64,000 nucleotides of DNA from an uncultured delta proteobacterium (GCA_963745025.1 CAVUWD010000008.1:64001-128000); one strand, 5' to 3'; counted from the first letter of the stretch, positions 23,669 through 34,595 are shown. The notes: a model not told the origin generated them from the sequence alone. Translations and numbers: made by a program.

Positions 23669-23917
23669 GTGCAAAACAAGATTGCCTTGCTCATCCCGGC
23701 CGGATTGCTCCTTGTCGGCCTGTACGTGCTCGGCACGTCGTTCGTAGCCGGGGAGTCGATGACGCTCTTTGGGATCCACGAGCTGCCCACGCGGTTTGGG
23801 TACATACTCGGCGCGCTCGGGGTTTTTGGTGGGGGGGTGGTGCTCGTCGAGATGGTCGTGGGGGGGCGCGCGAAGCGCACGCAAACGAATAGTTCCCGCC
23901 CATCGCCGGTGTCGTAG
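23669..23917 (+). CDS. Small 2-TM hypothetical protein (82 aa), paralog of 18658-18906
   Basis: GGAGG RBS, GTG start, two hydrophobic segments. Confidence 0.65.
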   Translation: MQNKIALLIPAGLLLVGLYVLGTSFVAGESMTLFGIHELPTRFGYILGALGVFGGGVVLVEMVVGGRAKRTQTNSSRPSPVS

Positions 23918-24064
23918 AGCGCGCGTGCGACGCAAAGCACGTCGCGACCAGGCCGCCTTGGCGAACGTCCATCGCCTCGGAAGGCGGTCACGGCAGTAAA
24001 TGCGGGCTCCACTTCCGTGTAACCGCTGGCGGAAGCTGGTGCCGGAAGGTGCGCGAAGCTTGAC

Positions 24065-25462
24065 GTGAAACTCACGATCATCAGCCAGGCGTGCCTGCTC
24101 GTCGAGTCCGGCCGCGGTGACCGCCTCATCATCGATCCCTGGATTCTCGGGTCGTGCTACTGGCGGTCGTGGTGGCTGTTTCCTCCGCCGCGCGCTGACC
24201 TGGTCCATCCGGAGACAATCACGGCCGTCTACTACACGCACGAGCATCCAGACCATTTCCACTTCCCGTCGCTGCGGCGGTTTCCCCAGTCGGTCCGCAT
24301 CCTGGTTCCGCGCTTTCCGGCTCCCCGCATGGCCACGCAGCTCCGCGAGCGCGGTTACCTCCGGGTCGAAGAAGTCTCCCACGGCGGGAGCGCGAAGATT
24401 GGCGCGCTCGAGCTCTTCTCCTATCAGAGCGGAGCCGACGACTCTGCCGTAGCGGTGACGGACGGCACGGCCACCGTGCTGAACATGAACGACGCCAAGC
24501 CGGGTGAGCTGGCGCTGCGTCAGATCCGACGCCGCCACCCCCGCGTCGATTTTCTCCTGCGTAGCCACGCCCCCGCTCAATCCTATCCGTTCTGCTACAC
24601 CGCCACCGACGAGCGGGCGCTGAAGCTCCTGCCGCTCAGCTACTACACCGACAGCTTCGCTTCGCTTGCCCAGCTGGTGGGGCCGCGTTGGGCGATTCCG
24701 TTTGCCAGTAACGTCTGCCACCTCCATCCCGAAAGCATCGATCAGAACCGCTACCTGATCTCGCCCGACGATGTACTCGATGCCTGTCGCGACAAGGTTG
24801 GGGAGGTCGAGATCGTACCGATGTCGCCCGGCGATTCGTGGGAGAGTGGCGCGGGGTTCGTGCTGGCGCCGAGGCTGTCGCGGGACGAGCGGGCGCAGCG
24901 CCTGCAGGCGCTGCATGAAGAGAAGATGGAGACGCTAGGGCGCGCCGCCGCCGAAGAGCGCGCAACGCCGGCTCTCCAGTTCGAAGTATTCCGCGACTAC
25001 TTCGAGCGCTTCGCCGCCGCTGTGCCCTGGCCTCTGCGCCGTGCGTTCGCGAGCCGCGTAGCCTTCGTCACGCCCGCGGAGGAATTCTTCGTCGTGGACC
25101 TCGGATCGCGGCGCGTCTACCGCACCGCCTCGCTGCCGGCGGACGTGCATTCGGTGGTGCGCATCAATTTCCACATGCTCCGCGACGCGATCGACAAGTC
25201 TGGGGTCAGCCTGGTCGGCATCAGCAAGCGCGCGCGCATCCACGTTCCCGGCGAAGGGCTCACGCGCGATGCAGCGTTTTGGGGCCTGTTGACCTTCTAT
25301 GAGCTCAGCTACTTCCCGCTGCGCAACCTGTGGAATGCCCGCGCGCTCGCCGGCCTGGCGCGGCGATGGCGCGAGATCGTTAGCGCCGCGCCGATCCTGA
25401 TGGGCCCGCGCAACGCCCTCGAGCGAGTCATCGAGCTGAAGCAGCCCCGCGGCACCCCCTGA
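24065..25462 (+). CDS. MBL-fold metallo-hydrolase
   Basis: IDPWILGSCYWRSWW, THEHPDH (HxHxDH) metal motif, AIPFAS. Confidence 0.82.
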   Translation: MKLTIISQACLLVESGRGDRLIIDPWILGSCYWRSWWLFPPPRADLVHPETITAVYYTHEHPDHFHFPSLRRFPQSVRILVPRFPAPRMATQLRERGYLRVEEVSHGGSAKIGALELFSYQSGADDSAVAVTDGTATVLNMNDAKPGELALRQIRRRHPRVDFLLRSHAPAQSYPFCYTATDERALKLLPLSYYTDSFASLAQLVGPRWAIPFASNVCHLHPESIDQNRYLISPDDVLDACRDKVGEVEIVPMSPGDSWESGAGFVLAPRLSRDERAQRLQALHEEKMETLGRAAAEERATPALQFEVFRDYFERFAAAVPWPLRRAFASRVAFVTPAEEFFVVDLGSRRVYRTASLPADVHSVVRINFHMLRDAIDKSGVSLVGISKRARIHVPGEGLTRDAAFWGLLTFYELSYFPLRNLWNARALAGLARRWREIVSAAPILMGPRNALERVIELKQPRGTP

Positions 25463-26220
25463 GCTCGGCCGGGCGCTGTCCTTGGGCACCTCGTGGATCA
25501 ACAGGTCAAGGAAAAATGGACGATTTCCATCGCCTCTTGGCCTGGGTCATCGCCGACTCCGTCTTCTGGGCCGTCCTGGTTGGAGTCTGCCTGTGGTGCC
25601 TGGAGTGAAAACTTACCCGATCCGCCCGCGGCCGAGAGAGCTGGCCCCCGGCGCTCCACCGGAAGACGCGCTCGAATAGGTCCTACCCGCCTGTGGGGTC
25701 GGCGACGTGGGCCCAAGGCGCGCTCTCCGCGACGCGCTGTGGGATCGGAGGCCGATCACGATGACGAGATCCACTTCCCGAAGGTAAGGCTCAGCGTCGG
25801 ACGAGTCGGATCCCTGGCGGGAACGTTCGCGCGCCGAGGCCGAAACCGCGGGCTTCACATACGGGGACTTGATTCCGGAGTTTCGCGAGCTATCGCTGCG
25901 GCGTATGACCTCGATGCTGATTCCGAAGGGCTCGGCCAGCACCGGCCACTACAGCGATGCCGGACACCAGTGGGTCGCCGACCGCCTTCACGAGCGTCTG
26001 CTCGACTTACCCGAGCTTCGCGACCACCTTGCTCACCTGGGTCGGTGACGGCGGCTTGCCTCTCCGATCACGGGCAATCTTCGCGCAGCCCGAGTTCGAA
26101 GGCATTCTCGCACTGGCTTTTTGCCTCCTGATCGCATCGGCGCTCTTTCTCCTGCCGAAATGATTCAAGGCACGCCCCGCGCGCGCGCCTGTAGGCGGCG
26201 CGCGGGAGCCTTTCAGCAAA

Positions 26221-26597
26221 TCAGGAGCATCTCGCGCCCGCGAGTGAGACGTCTTCAACTGCGATGTGGCCACCTGCAGGGTCGGTCGCATAGTGACCCA
26301 AATAGATGCCGTTCACGTGCGCTCCTGGTTCAACGATTCCTTCGGCTGGATCCCGAACAAACTGCCTGTCAGCCGCACCGTGCCGACACTCTTGCCGTCG
26401 TCGCTCTTGGCATTGGTCAAATCGAAATAACGAGTGCCGGTAGACTCTTGCGTGAGACAACCTTGGAATCCGTGCACGCGTCCGTCCTGCAGCGACCCTA
26501 CCTCGGCGTTTCCGGCGAACGCGGGGGCGGCTACAATGAAGATGAATGCACCGGCGGCCACCGGTAGTGCGGAAAGACTAATTCGTCGAACTTTCAT
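26221..26597 (-). CDS. Exported hypothetical protein, probably frameshifted near 26320
   Basis: Signal peptide MKVRRISL...AAPAFA, GGAG RBS; reading continues in adjacent frame. Confidence 0.5.
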
Positions 26598-27041
26598 TTG
26601 GGTCTCCTTCTCTTCTAAGGGGACCCGCGCGGAAGCCGCTCACGAAAGAGCTCGACGATGCGCATCGACTCGCTCCGCCGAACATCGGTCCGCACGGAGC
26701 CCAGTCCTTGTTGTCGAGACGAATCGTGAGGCGTGTGTATTCACGTGACCGGCGCACGGGCATCGGATACCGCGTAATCACGTCGATCATCGACCGGTAG
26801 ATCGCCGTGCCCGACGTTCGCTCTTAGTGCACAACTGCAGCCACCTTTACCATGGCCCGACGGACGGGCATTAGAGAACCTGAATTGCACAGTTGGGGGG
26901 TCGAATCGAGATCTGTTGCTGCATCGAGAGGACGCAAGGCGTTCTCGAGTCGCCCGACGCATCGTCGACGGTCGGCTTCGTGTTGACGCACGCCGGCTAC
27001 CGCCCCGCGGGGGTGGACCTATTCGACCCAGACCTTCGTCC

Positions 27042-28499
27042 GTGGAGCCTGGCATAGCGCCGCATCTCGATCGCTACCGCGTCGCGATCCTGCTGCTCGC
27101 GCTGGCGCTGGCGCCGCTCACCACGCTCCGCCTCTACGGCTCCGACGAGATCCAGTACTTCGCCTACCTGCGCTCTATGGTCTTCGATCGCGATCTCGAC
27201 TTCACCAACGAGTACCGCTGGTTCGTGGATCGCGACCCGAAGGAGTACGCGGATTTTGCGATGACGTTTCTCGGCCCCAAGACTCCCGCGGGCCGGCCGC
27301 CGAACAACGGCCCGATCGGCTCGGCGGTGCTCTGGTCGCCTTTCTATCTCGCGACGGTCGGTGCCGAATGGTTGCTCGGCGCGGCCAGCACGCCACCCGG
27401 CTACTCGCGCGCCGACTTCTCGGCCGTTTGTCTCGCCTCGATGCTCTACGGCGCCCTCGGTCTGCTGCTCACCCAGGAGGCCTGCCGCAGCTTTGCGAGT
27501 GCGCGTTCGGCGTTCTTCGCCACGGTGCTCATCTGGCTCGGAACGAACCTGCTTTTCTACATGTACGTGACGCCGCCGATGTCACACGCGGCCTCCTTCT
27601 TCGCCGCGGCGCTGCTTCTCTGGGCGTGGCTGCGGTCGAAGGAGAGCCCACGCGCCGGTTTCGTGATTGGGCTCCTCGCGGGGCTCGTCGCCAGCGTGCG
27701 CTTGCAGGATGTGCTGCTCGTTCTCGCGCCGCTTGCCGCGCCGCTCTTTTCCGGCAAGCGGGACGACCGCGCGCGCCTCGCTCGCCTGGCCGTTTGGGGA
27801 GCGGCGATCGGCGGCGGCTTCGCGCTCGCCTTCCTGCCACAGATCTGCACCTGGGAGGTGCTGAATGGCTCACTGACTCCGTTCGGCGTGATCTCAGTGA
27901 AGGGGCGTTTCACGCTCATCCCCTACCATCTTCCAGGCGTGCTCTTTTCGCCCTTTCACGGACTCTTCCTCTGGTCGCCGATCTTGTTGCCTGCTCTCGC
28001 CGGCCTCGGGACACTCGCCGTGAGCGACCCTCGCGGCAAGGCGATGGCGCTCGCCGTCGCCGCCGAGGTCTCCTTGATCTCGGGCTACGTTGTGGCCTTT
28101 GGCCACGGCTTCGGGCAGCGCCTCTTCATCAGCTCGCTGCCGATCGCGACGGTCGGGCTCGCCGTGTTCGCCGATCGCTTCGCGCCGCGCCTACCGCGGG
28201 CTGCGCCCGTTGCAGGAGCCCTGGCCGCGGTGTGGTGGAATCTCTCCCTCGTCGTGCAGCATTCGACCGGGATGATCCCGCGGAACGAAGGCGTCAGCCT
28301 CCAAACCCTCGTTCAAAACCAATTCATCGGCGTACCCGAGCGCCTCCCCGGCGTTGTCGGCCGCTACCTATTTGACCGAAGCTCGCTCTACCACGTCGAC
28401 CCGGAGCGCCCGCGCAGCGGCGACCCGCCTTCGTGGGCGCCGGGTGATTCGACCGCACGATCCAGGCGCGAGCATTCACCCGAAAATTCGGACCGGTAG
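27042..28499 (+). CDS. GT-C fold membrane glycosyltransferase (GT39/PMT-like)
   Basis: GSDEIQYFAYLRS acidic loop after first TM, many TM helices, LFSPFHGLFLWSP, GFGQRLF. Confidence 0.75.
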   Translation: MEPGIAPHLDRYRVAILLLALALAPLTTLRLYGSDEIQYFAYLRSMVFDRDLDFTNEYRWFVDRDPKEYADFAMTFLGPKTPAGRPPNNGPIGSAVLWSPFYLATVGAEWLLGAASTPPGYSRADFSAVCLASMLYGALGLLLTQEACRSFASARSAFFATVLIWLGTNLLFYMYVTPPMSHAASFFAAALLLWAWLRSKESPRAGFVIGLLAGLVASVRLQDVLLVLAPLAAPLFSGKRDDRARLARLAVWGAAIGGGFALAFLPQICTWEVLNGSLTPFGVISVKGRFTLIPYHLPGVLFSPFHGLFLWSPILLPALAGLGTLAVSDPRGKAMALAVAAEVSLISGYVVAFGHGFGQRLFISSLPIATVGLAVFADRFAPRLPRAAPVAGALAAVWWNLSLVVQHSTGMIPRNEGVSLQTLVQNQFIGVPERLPGVVGRYLFDRSSLYHVDPERPRSGDPPSWAPGDSTARSRREHSPENSDR

Positions 28500-28888
28500 G
28501 AACGCGCAACGTCTCCGCCTGAGCGTGCCACGGGGTTTATCTTCGCCGAAATGCGGAAACTGCTCGGCAGGCGTGGCGAGACCGTCGAGCGCTATTGAAT
28601 CACCCTCCTCCTGGGAGCCGAGGATCGTTCCGTCGCCGGGCGCGCCGTGAACACGTTCAGCGCGAGTTTTTTTGGCAAAGGATAGCGGCATAAAGGCCGG
28701 AAGGCTTTCGCCCGAAATGAGGTCGGCCATCGAACTGGGCATGGCCGACGCTTTAGCGAGTTTACAAACCTCCAGAAGCGCATCGACGCCAAGGAAGTGA
28801 CCGCCGGCGAACTGTTACCTTTCACCGCTAGCTGCACCCTTTCTTCGCGGATGACAAAAGTCCCATGCTGGTTGAACTATTGAGCCGA

Positions 28889-29140
28889 TCACAGGCCTGA
28901 CAGTCGGGAACCGCCTGCGGTGGATTTCTGCTTTAGCTGAAGCAGTAGCAGCCGAAGCTCATGAAGCCCGCGAAGAACGCGAAGCAGATCGAGAGATTCT
29001 GCGCGCCGGCCATCAGCGGCTGTTGCCAATTCCGTCGACGAAGCCGGACCGTCGGTAGAAGATTGGACTTCGCCACCCATGATCGTGTCCGTACGCTCTG
29101 GCTCGGGGACGGGTGGGTCCAGAAGGTTGGGGTCGCTCAT
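28889..29140 (-). CDS. Hypothetical protein downstream of AlpA
   Basis: ATG 9 nt after AlpA stop, same strand. Confidence 0.35.
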   Translation of the reverse strand: MSDPNLLDPPVPEPERTDTIMGGEVQSSTDGPASSTELATAADGRRAESLDLLRVLRGLHELRLLLLQLKQKSTAGGSRLSGL

Positions 29141-29148
29141 GAGTAGTC

Positions 29149-29454
29149 TCACACGGCTGTGCGCGTGCGGAGCCAGGCCTCTATCTCGTCGGCAATCCAG
29201 CCGACGGCCCTGGCGGACAGCTGTCGCCGCCGAGGAAACTGGTTCGCTTGCTCCAGCCGCCAGATGGTGCTCCGCGACAAGCCGGTCATCGCGCGTACGT
29301 CGGGAAAGCGAATCGACCGCGTCGCCGACGTCAGCGGCGTGCTCGATGGCGGCTCTTCGCTTCCTCGGCGAGACCCAAGCTCGTCGAGACCCTTCGCGGG
29401 GCTCACGCCGCTTGCGCTGTCGCAATCATGAGGGCGTTTCTCTTGGCCGCGCAC
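29149..29454 (-). CDS. alpA: AlpA family regulator/excisionase
   Basis: IRFPDVRAMTGLSRSTIWRLEQANQFPRRRQLSARAVGWIADEIEAWL; start uncertain. Confidence 0.85.
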   Translation of the reverse strand: MRGQEKRPHDCDSASGVSPAKGLDELGSRRGSEEPPSSTPLTSATRSIRFPDVRAMTGLSRSTIWRLEQANQFPRRRQLSARAVGWIADEIEAWLRTRTAV

Positions 29455-29627
29455 AACACAAATATGTCATGCGGCCGCTTCTCAGGCGATTCGGGGAGGG
29501 CCTGACGGACGGTAATGTCGCCCAGCGATAGAGGCACAAATCAGAATTATTCGCTGGACAGCAGGTAGCCTGGGAGTTACGATCGGCTCCGGGACTAACG
29601 CCAAAGCACCGCGCCCTGGCACGTCTA

Positions 29628-31211
29628 ATGCAACGGAAGTCAAAATCTGAATCCAGGAAGACTGTGGCGAGCTTCGACCAAGCCTCCAAGCGACGGTATT
29701 TCGATGGCCTCGTTGAGATTCTACGTGAAGAGTCGGAACAGTCCCTTGAACAGCTCGGTATCCTCTACCGCGTCTTTGCCATCACGTCGTCAGATGCAGA
29801 GGTGCGGCAACGCGCCCTCACGACAATCTCCCTGCAGCGACGATCACGACGCCAGGCGAGGATTCCGTCCTTCGCGTCCAGAATCCTGCAGCTCTCCTTC
29901 GCCAAGGATGCGCTGACGGTTGCGCGCGAGAGCCGCACGGCGGAGAAACATCGCCGCGTCGAACGTCTCGAGCGCCGGCTTCGTCTCAGTCCCGAAGAGC
30001 TTTCCCTCTTATGGAAGTGGATCCGTTGGGAGGACACGATCCTCAAAACGATCAAGCACGATCTTCGCGTTTCTCTGCGGCGTATCCCCTACAAGCTCTT
30101 TCGGCAGGCGGAAGAGACCGGCTTTCCGGTCTTGGCGTTCTATCTCAGCGGAACACGAGTTGGCTTGGCGGCCGTGGGCATTCCGCGAGGCCCAGCGGCC
30201 GAACGACAGAACCCGATGCTCGTAGCACTGGGTGCGAGCGCCGCCGCGGCGTGGGCAACGCTGAGCGTGCTGCCCGTCTCCGAGGTCCGCGACCTGCCGG
30301 CTCAGATCCTCTCCGAGGGGATCGTGCAGGACGTTCGGCTTTTCGGGGCGTCGGTCAAAGAGATGGTGGCTCTACGCGAGCGCTATCTCTGCTACCTCGC
30401 CGAGGACAACAAGGTGCTGATCCAACAGTCATCGGTACCAGCGTCGCCGCCACGAAAAAGGGGAAGCGTCGACGATCAGCGCTCCACGGCTTACTCCCCA
30501 CTCTCGGCCCTTTGGAATAGGGACCGATCGCTGGCAGGCGCGAAGCCTCTCGACACCGGTACGGTCAAACGACCGACCGCTCGCGTGAACGTCGTCGTCC
30601 GTACTCTAGTCGATCTCGCGAACGAGCAGCTGGTGCCGAACAATCCGGGTGGTGAAAGTCCAGCTGCCCAACCCACGGATGAAGTCCGGCAAGCCTGGCA
30701 CGAGAGACTTTGCGAACTCTCCCCCTATGCACGCGAGATTCGGTACGGGAGTTACTCCCTGCGCGATCTTCAGCGCGAGATTCGAGACATTCTCACGAAC
30801 CTTGCGGCCAAAGACTCTTGGGCGTCGTCCAAGGAGTACGCCGCCCTGGCGACTGTTCAGAAGTGGAGAGAGCCGGGGCTGGAGCCGTTCGCCATCGGAA
30901 GCTCCGGGGTCGGCATTCTCCCGTTGTCCGGGTCGCTTCACTGGGAGTGGGATTCCAACGGCGTATTCGAGGAGAGTTTCGCTCCGTGGGATCCCCGAAG
31001 TTGTGTCGTCCTCGCGCTGCGAGAAGCGTTAGGGTCTTCCGACGATAACGCACGGATACTGAAATGTCCCGTTTGCGGAAAATTCTTCGTGCCGAATCGC
31101 CGACAGCGCTATTGCGTACAAAATGGTCGGTGCAAATCGAAGGCGACCGAATTCCTGAGAGATCGTGAGAAGCACAAGAAGCAAAGACGAGATCGTTACT
31201 GGGCGGCTTGA
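29628..31211 (+). CDS. Hypothetical protein with C-terminal CGNR-like zinc finger
   Basis: 527-aa ORF ending CPVCGKFFVPNRRQRYCVQNGRC plus basic tail. Confidence 0.65.
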   Translation: MQRKSKSESRKTVASFDQASKRRYFDGLVEILREESEQSLEQLGILYRVFAITSSDAEVRQRALTTISLQRRSRRQARIPSFASRILQLSFAKDALTVARESRTAEKHRRVERLERRLRLSPEELSLLWKWIRWEDTILKTIKHDLRVSLRRIPYKLFRQAEETGFPVLAFYLSGTRVGLAAVGIPRGPAAERQNPMLVALGASAAAAWATLSVLPVSEVRDLPAQILSEGIVQDVRLFGASVKEMVALRERYLCYLAEDNKVLIQQSSVPASPPRKRGSVDDQRSTAYSPLSALWNRDRSLAGAKPLDTGTVKRPTARVNVVVRTLVDLANEQLVPNNPGGESPAAQPTDEVRQAWHERLCELSPYAREIRYGSYSLRDLQREIRDILTNLAAKDSWASSKEYAALATVQKWREPGLEPFAIGSSGVGILPLSGSLHWEWDSNGVFEESFAPWDPRSCVVLALREALGSSDDNARILKCPVCGKFFVPNRRQRYCVQNGRCKSKATEFLRDREKHKKQRRDRYWAA

Positions 31212-31411
31212 GTCACCGACTCTCCTCGCTGGAAACGCAAACGGCGACGCTACGAGAAAGGTACGGCGAGGCGTTCGAGACCTGGTAGTTGGTGCCGACC
31301 AAGCGCCATCCCCATCCACCTCCCGGATCCGCATCGAGGTCAACCAACCGCCTCGCTCCTCCGTCTCAACATCATAAAGCTCACACAAGGGTTCGAACAG
31401 GAGGAGAAGGC

Positions 31412-31912
31412 AATGACTCGAAGGGTGTAGTTTCGCTGGTCGGCGTCGTCTCGATCGTCCCCGTGGCGGCGATGCACGGCGCGGCGTCCGCACACGGCAG
31501 GGGACGTCATCGAGGCGGCGGAGACGGAGATCTCTGGCTGCTCGCGCACGCCGCGGGTTTGAGTAGGAGCCAGATCGCCACGGCGTTCAAGAACGATTCG
31601 ACTCTCAAGACCGACCGCTCCAACCTGCGGAGCGTGCGCGAGGCCCTGACGACTTGCTTGGTCTCGGGAAGCTCGTGCGCAAGCCAGATTTCAGCCTATG
31701 CGAGCGCACACCAGGCACTCGCTCAGGAGGAGATGACGGTATGGGGAACCCTCTTCCAGGGCGCTCCCAACGCAAAGCAGGCGGCTACGGTTCTCAACCA
31801 GCTGAGGCAACTGCAAGCGCAGCGAAAGCAGATCTTCCAGCAGGTTTTCGACTCGACCAGCAGCCCGACGTCGGATGGCAGCACCGCGACGTCTGGTGAC
31901 GGTAGCTCGTAG
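31412..31912 (+). CDS. Secreted helical protein (Spy/CpxP-like), frameshift just after start
   Basis: GGAG RBS, signal peptide ending ASA-HG, Gln-rich helical body. Confidence 0.55.
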   Translation, partial: NDSKGVVSLVGVVSIVPVAAMHGAASAHGRGRHRGGGDGDLWLLAHAAGLSRSQIATAFKNDSTLKTDRSNLRSVREALTTCLVSGSSCASQISAYASAHQALAQEEMTVWGTLFQGAPNAKQAATVLNQLRQLQAQRKQIFQQVFDSTSSPTSDGSTATSGDGSS

Positions 31913-31951
31913 ACGGAGCTCGCCTTTTCCTATCGCGAAAGGAGAAAAGCA

Positions 31952-32170
31952 ATGTCACGTTCCCTAGTTCTCCTCTGGGCGCTTACCGCACTGACGGCCG
32001 GTCTCGCGGCGGCGGCGAGCGCTGCCGCGGTCGCCGCCGCCCCGCGCATCTCCCCTAGGATTTACACGCTCCAGTCCGCGCAGAATCTACAGGTCGCGTG
32101 CAATGGCGACGACGACCCCTCTGACGACTCGGGCTCCGGCGACTCGCAATCGGTCGACTCCGAGGCGTAG
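31952..32170 (+). CDS. Small secreted hypothetical protein
   Basis: AAGGAG RBS, Ala-rich signal peptide, acidic tail. Confidence 0.55.
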   Translation: MSRSLVLLWALTALTAGLAAAASAAAVAAAPRISPRIYTLQSAQNLQVACNGDDDPSDDSGSGDSQSVDSEA

Positions 32171-32228
32171 CGTGCAACCTCCAGTGCCAGCTCGGTGTTT
32201 AAAAGAGCGGTACCCGTTGATGCCAGCG

Positions 32229-32644
32229 ATGAAACGAACCATCTCGCGCGCCCTCGGCCTGCTTCTCGTGGCCGCCTGTCTCCTCGCCGCAGCGCACACC
32301 GCTTCGTTCGCCCTTTGGCCGAACGACTTGCGCCAGCCGTCCCTCTACATCATCGAGGGCTATCTCGATCGCGCGCCGCAGGACGCTAAGATCCAGGACC
32401 GAATCGACATCACCGCGCACGGTCGGTCACGCGCTATGGGACGCCCGGCGAAACCGGGCTCGATCGCTACCTTTCGCGCGTGATGGCGCAGCCGTTCGCC
32501 ATCGAAGGGACGTCCGAGGAGGTCGACCGCCTCGCGGATGCGCCGCCAGGAACGAAGATCGCCGGCATGTTCGCCGCGTACACGCACGGGTCGCCCTGGC
32601 TGCTGATCACGGATCTCACCGCTCCTGCTCCGGGGGAGTCGTGA
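32229..32644 (+). CDS. Secreted hypothetical protein (frameshifted)
   Basis: MKRTISRALGLLLVAACLLAAAHTASFA signal; continues in another frame after about 32440. Confidence 0.4.
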
Positions 32645-33372
32645 GGCAGAGCGAGAAGTCAAAGCCGAAGAGATCGAGGCGAAGCTGCGTGACGGCGCCG
32701 AGCTTCACCGCGCCTTGCCCGATGTGCTTGGCGGCTGCCCCCCGCGGCTCATGCCCGACGGCGCGGGTGGGGGCAATGACCGAGCTTTGCAACGCCGAAA
32801 GGAGCGAAGCGAATCCAACGGAACGCGCCAAATTAGTTCACAGAACTTGTGGAACAGGACACTGGGGCGAGTCCCGCGTTCGGCGCCCGAACGTCCAGTT
32901 TTCGCGATTCGAATCGGCTGCTGAATTCAGCACCACTCTGCCGATTTCAGCAGGCGACGCAGACTGCGATGCCGCACCACGTCGAAGGTTGTTGGAGGAA
33001 AGGGAGCTTGGCGCAAAATTTGCTGCCCACCAAAGTAAACCTTCACGCGAAACGGTCCGCGACCGAATCCGTGACCTCGAACGAGAGAATTTGGCCATGA
33101 GCCTCGCCGCAGCGATCCACAGGAGCGATGAAGCGCGCCTCGAGTTCGAGAACCGCGTTTGCTCGTACGGCGACACCGTGTGGTTCGCGCCAACGGCGCG
33201 CGCCGCCGAGGCTCGACAGTGGTTTGTTGATGGCTACTGGCAATGCCCGTTCGCATTTCGAAGCGTTTGCGATCTCCTCGTGCTCGACGCCGAGACCTTG
33301 CTTTTGCCCGTGCTGGACGAGCTCCGCAGCACGCACCGCACACGTCGGCCCTTGGCGAATCGCCCGGGCTGA
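32641..33372 (+). CDS. Hypothetical protein (true start probably downstream)
   Basis: C-terminal EARQWF...PFAFRSVCDLLVLD motif recalled from an uncharacterised family; not verified. Confidence 0.45.
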   Translation: MRQSEKSKPKRSRRSCVTAPSFTAPCPMCLAAAPRGSCPTARVGAMTELCNAERSEANPTERAKLVHRTCGTGHWGESRVRRPNVQFSRFESAAEFSTTLPISAGDADCDAAPRRRLLEERELGAKFAAHQSKPSRETVRDRIRDLERENLAMSLAAAIHRSDEARLEFENRVCSYGDTVWFAPTARAAEARQWFVDGYWQCPFAFRSVCDLLVLDAETLLLPVLDELRSTHRTRRPLANRPG

Positions 33373-33392
33373 TATCCGAAAGGGATAGTGAG

Positions 33393-33929
33393 ATGACGAA
33401 GACGACTGCCGCCACATCGAAGCTGGCCCCCTACGTAGAGATCATTCTCGGGCTTGTCATTGTCGGAGTCGTCACGCTGTGGGTGAGCGCGGCACATGCC
33501 GAATCGACGGAGCGGCAGCCGCTCCTGATGCCCGTTCTCGTCGGCGACGGCCCCGGTATGCTGATCCCGGTCATCGTCAAAACCGCCGAGCTGACGGAGG
33601 AGCAAGACGCGGCTGTTACCCAGCTGATGGAGAAGGAAAACCCGCCGATGCGCGAGCTTCTGAACGCTCTACAGACCGCCAGTGTCGAGCTCGCCGAGAA
33701 GACCTTCGAGGCCAAGTCTCCGCGACCGACGGACACAGCGCCGCTCCTGCGGCGGATTTCGGAGATCCGGGGGCAACTCATGCAGCGAGAGATGGCGACG
33801 CTGCTGCGCATCCGCGCGCTCTTGAAGCCCGAGCAGCTCGCCAACATAGAGAAGGTGAACGCGGCCGTGATGCAAGAGTCTCGCCGACCGGGACCCTCGC
33901 CCCTCGACCCCGCCATGCCCATCGAGTGA
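33393..33929 (+). CDS. Spy/CpxP family periplasmic protein
   Basis: Signal peptide (AHA), ELTEEQ and LLKPEQ LTxxQ-type motifs. Confidence 0.75.
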   Translation: MTKTTAATSKLAPYVEIILGLVIVGVVTLWVSAAHAESTERQPLLMPVLVGDGPGMLIPVIVKTAELTEEQDAAVTQLMEKENPPMRELLNALQTASVELAEKTFEAKSPRPTDTAPLLRRISEIRGQLMQREMATLLRIRALLKPEQLANIEKVNAAVMQESRRPGPSPLDPAMPIE

Positions 33930-34595
33930 CGGGATCCTCAGGAGAAAGATGGAGACGGGGCAGATGACGGCTCGAATCCGCGTGCTGATCGACGAGGGAG
34001 TGTACTTCACGCCTCCTCCAGGGATGTAGGTCGTCGCTGGGACAGAGTTCTGAGATCTCACGGAGCTTGTCTTGCTCGTTACGGATCGAGCGCCGGAGGC
34101 GAACCTTCAAGACCCGACTCCGCATTTCGACACTCATGACCTCCGGTATCCGTCATGCGGTCCGGTTTATTTGCCGCGAGTTGGTGCGGGTCGTGTCTGT
34201 CAAGTGGTGGAAAAGTGCAGAACATCATTGTTCGGCGAATTGATCAGTTGATCTTCAGTGGTCCTATGCAGCCTTGTCACGTGGCGTGACGGCGGGCATG
34301 TCCTGCCAGCCAACGATCCGACGAAGTACGACTTGGCCATTGCGCAGCAAGCCGAGGAGCAATAGCAGCACGGCGTCCTCGCCCGGAAGCGATGCCTGCG
34401 TCTTGGTCCGTCGTCGAAACTCCTCGTTGATCCGCTCCAGCGCTCACCAAGCGGTGCCTCATCAGCCGGCGGTGCTGTTCCTGGACGAGCCGACGATCGG
34501 TATTGAATGCGGACATATAGGCTAGAGTCAGCCTTCGTGACCTGCGCCGGCGAGGCTGAGAGTCCAGGAGGGTTTCGAAGGGCTTCGGCCGAACG

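Noticed and set aside
25493-26163. Membrane protein gene
   Set aside because: Hydrophobic pieces are scattered over frames with stops; no recognisable family
34440-34505. ABC ATPase gene (HQPAVLFLDEPTIGI)
   Set aside because: Only a Walker B scrap of about 20 codons; too short to call
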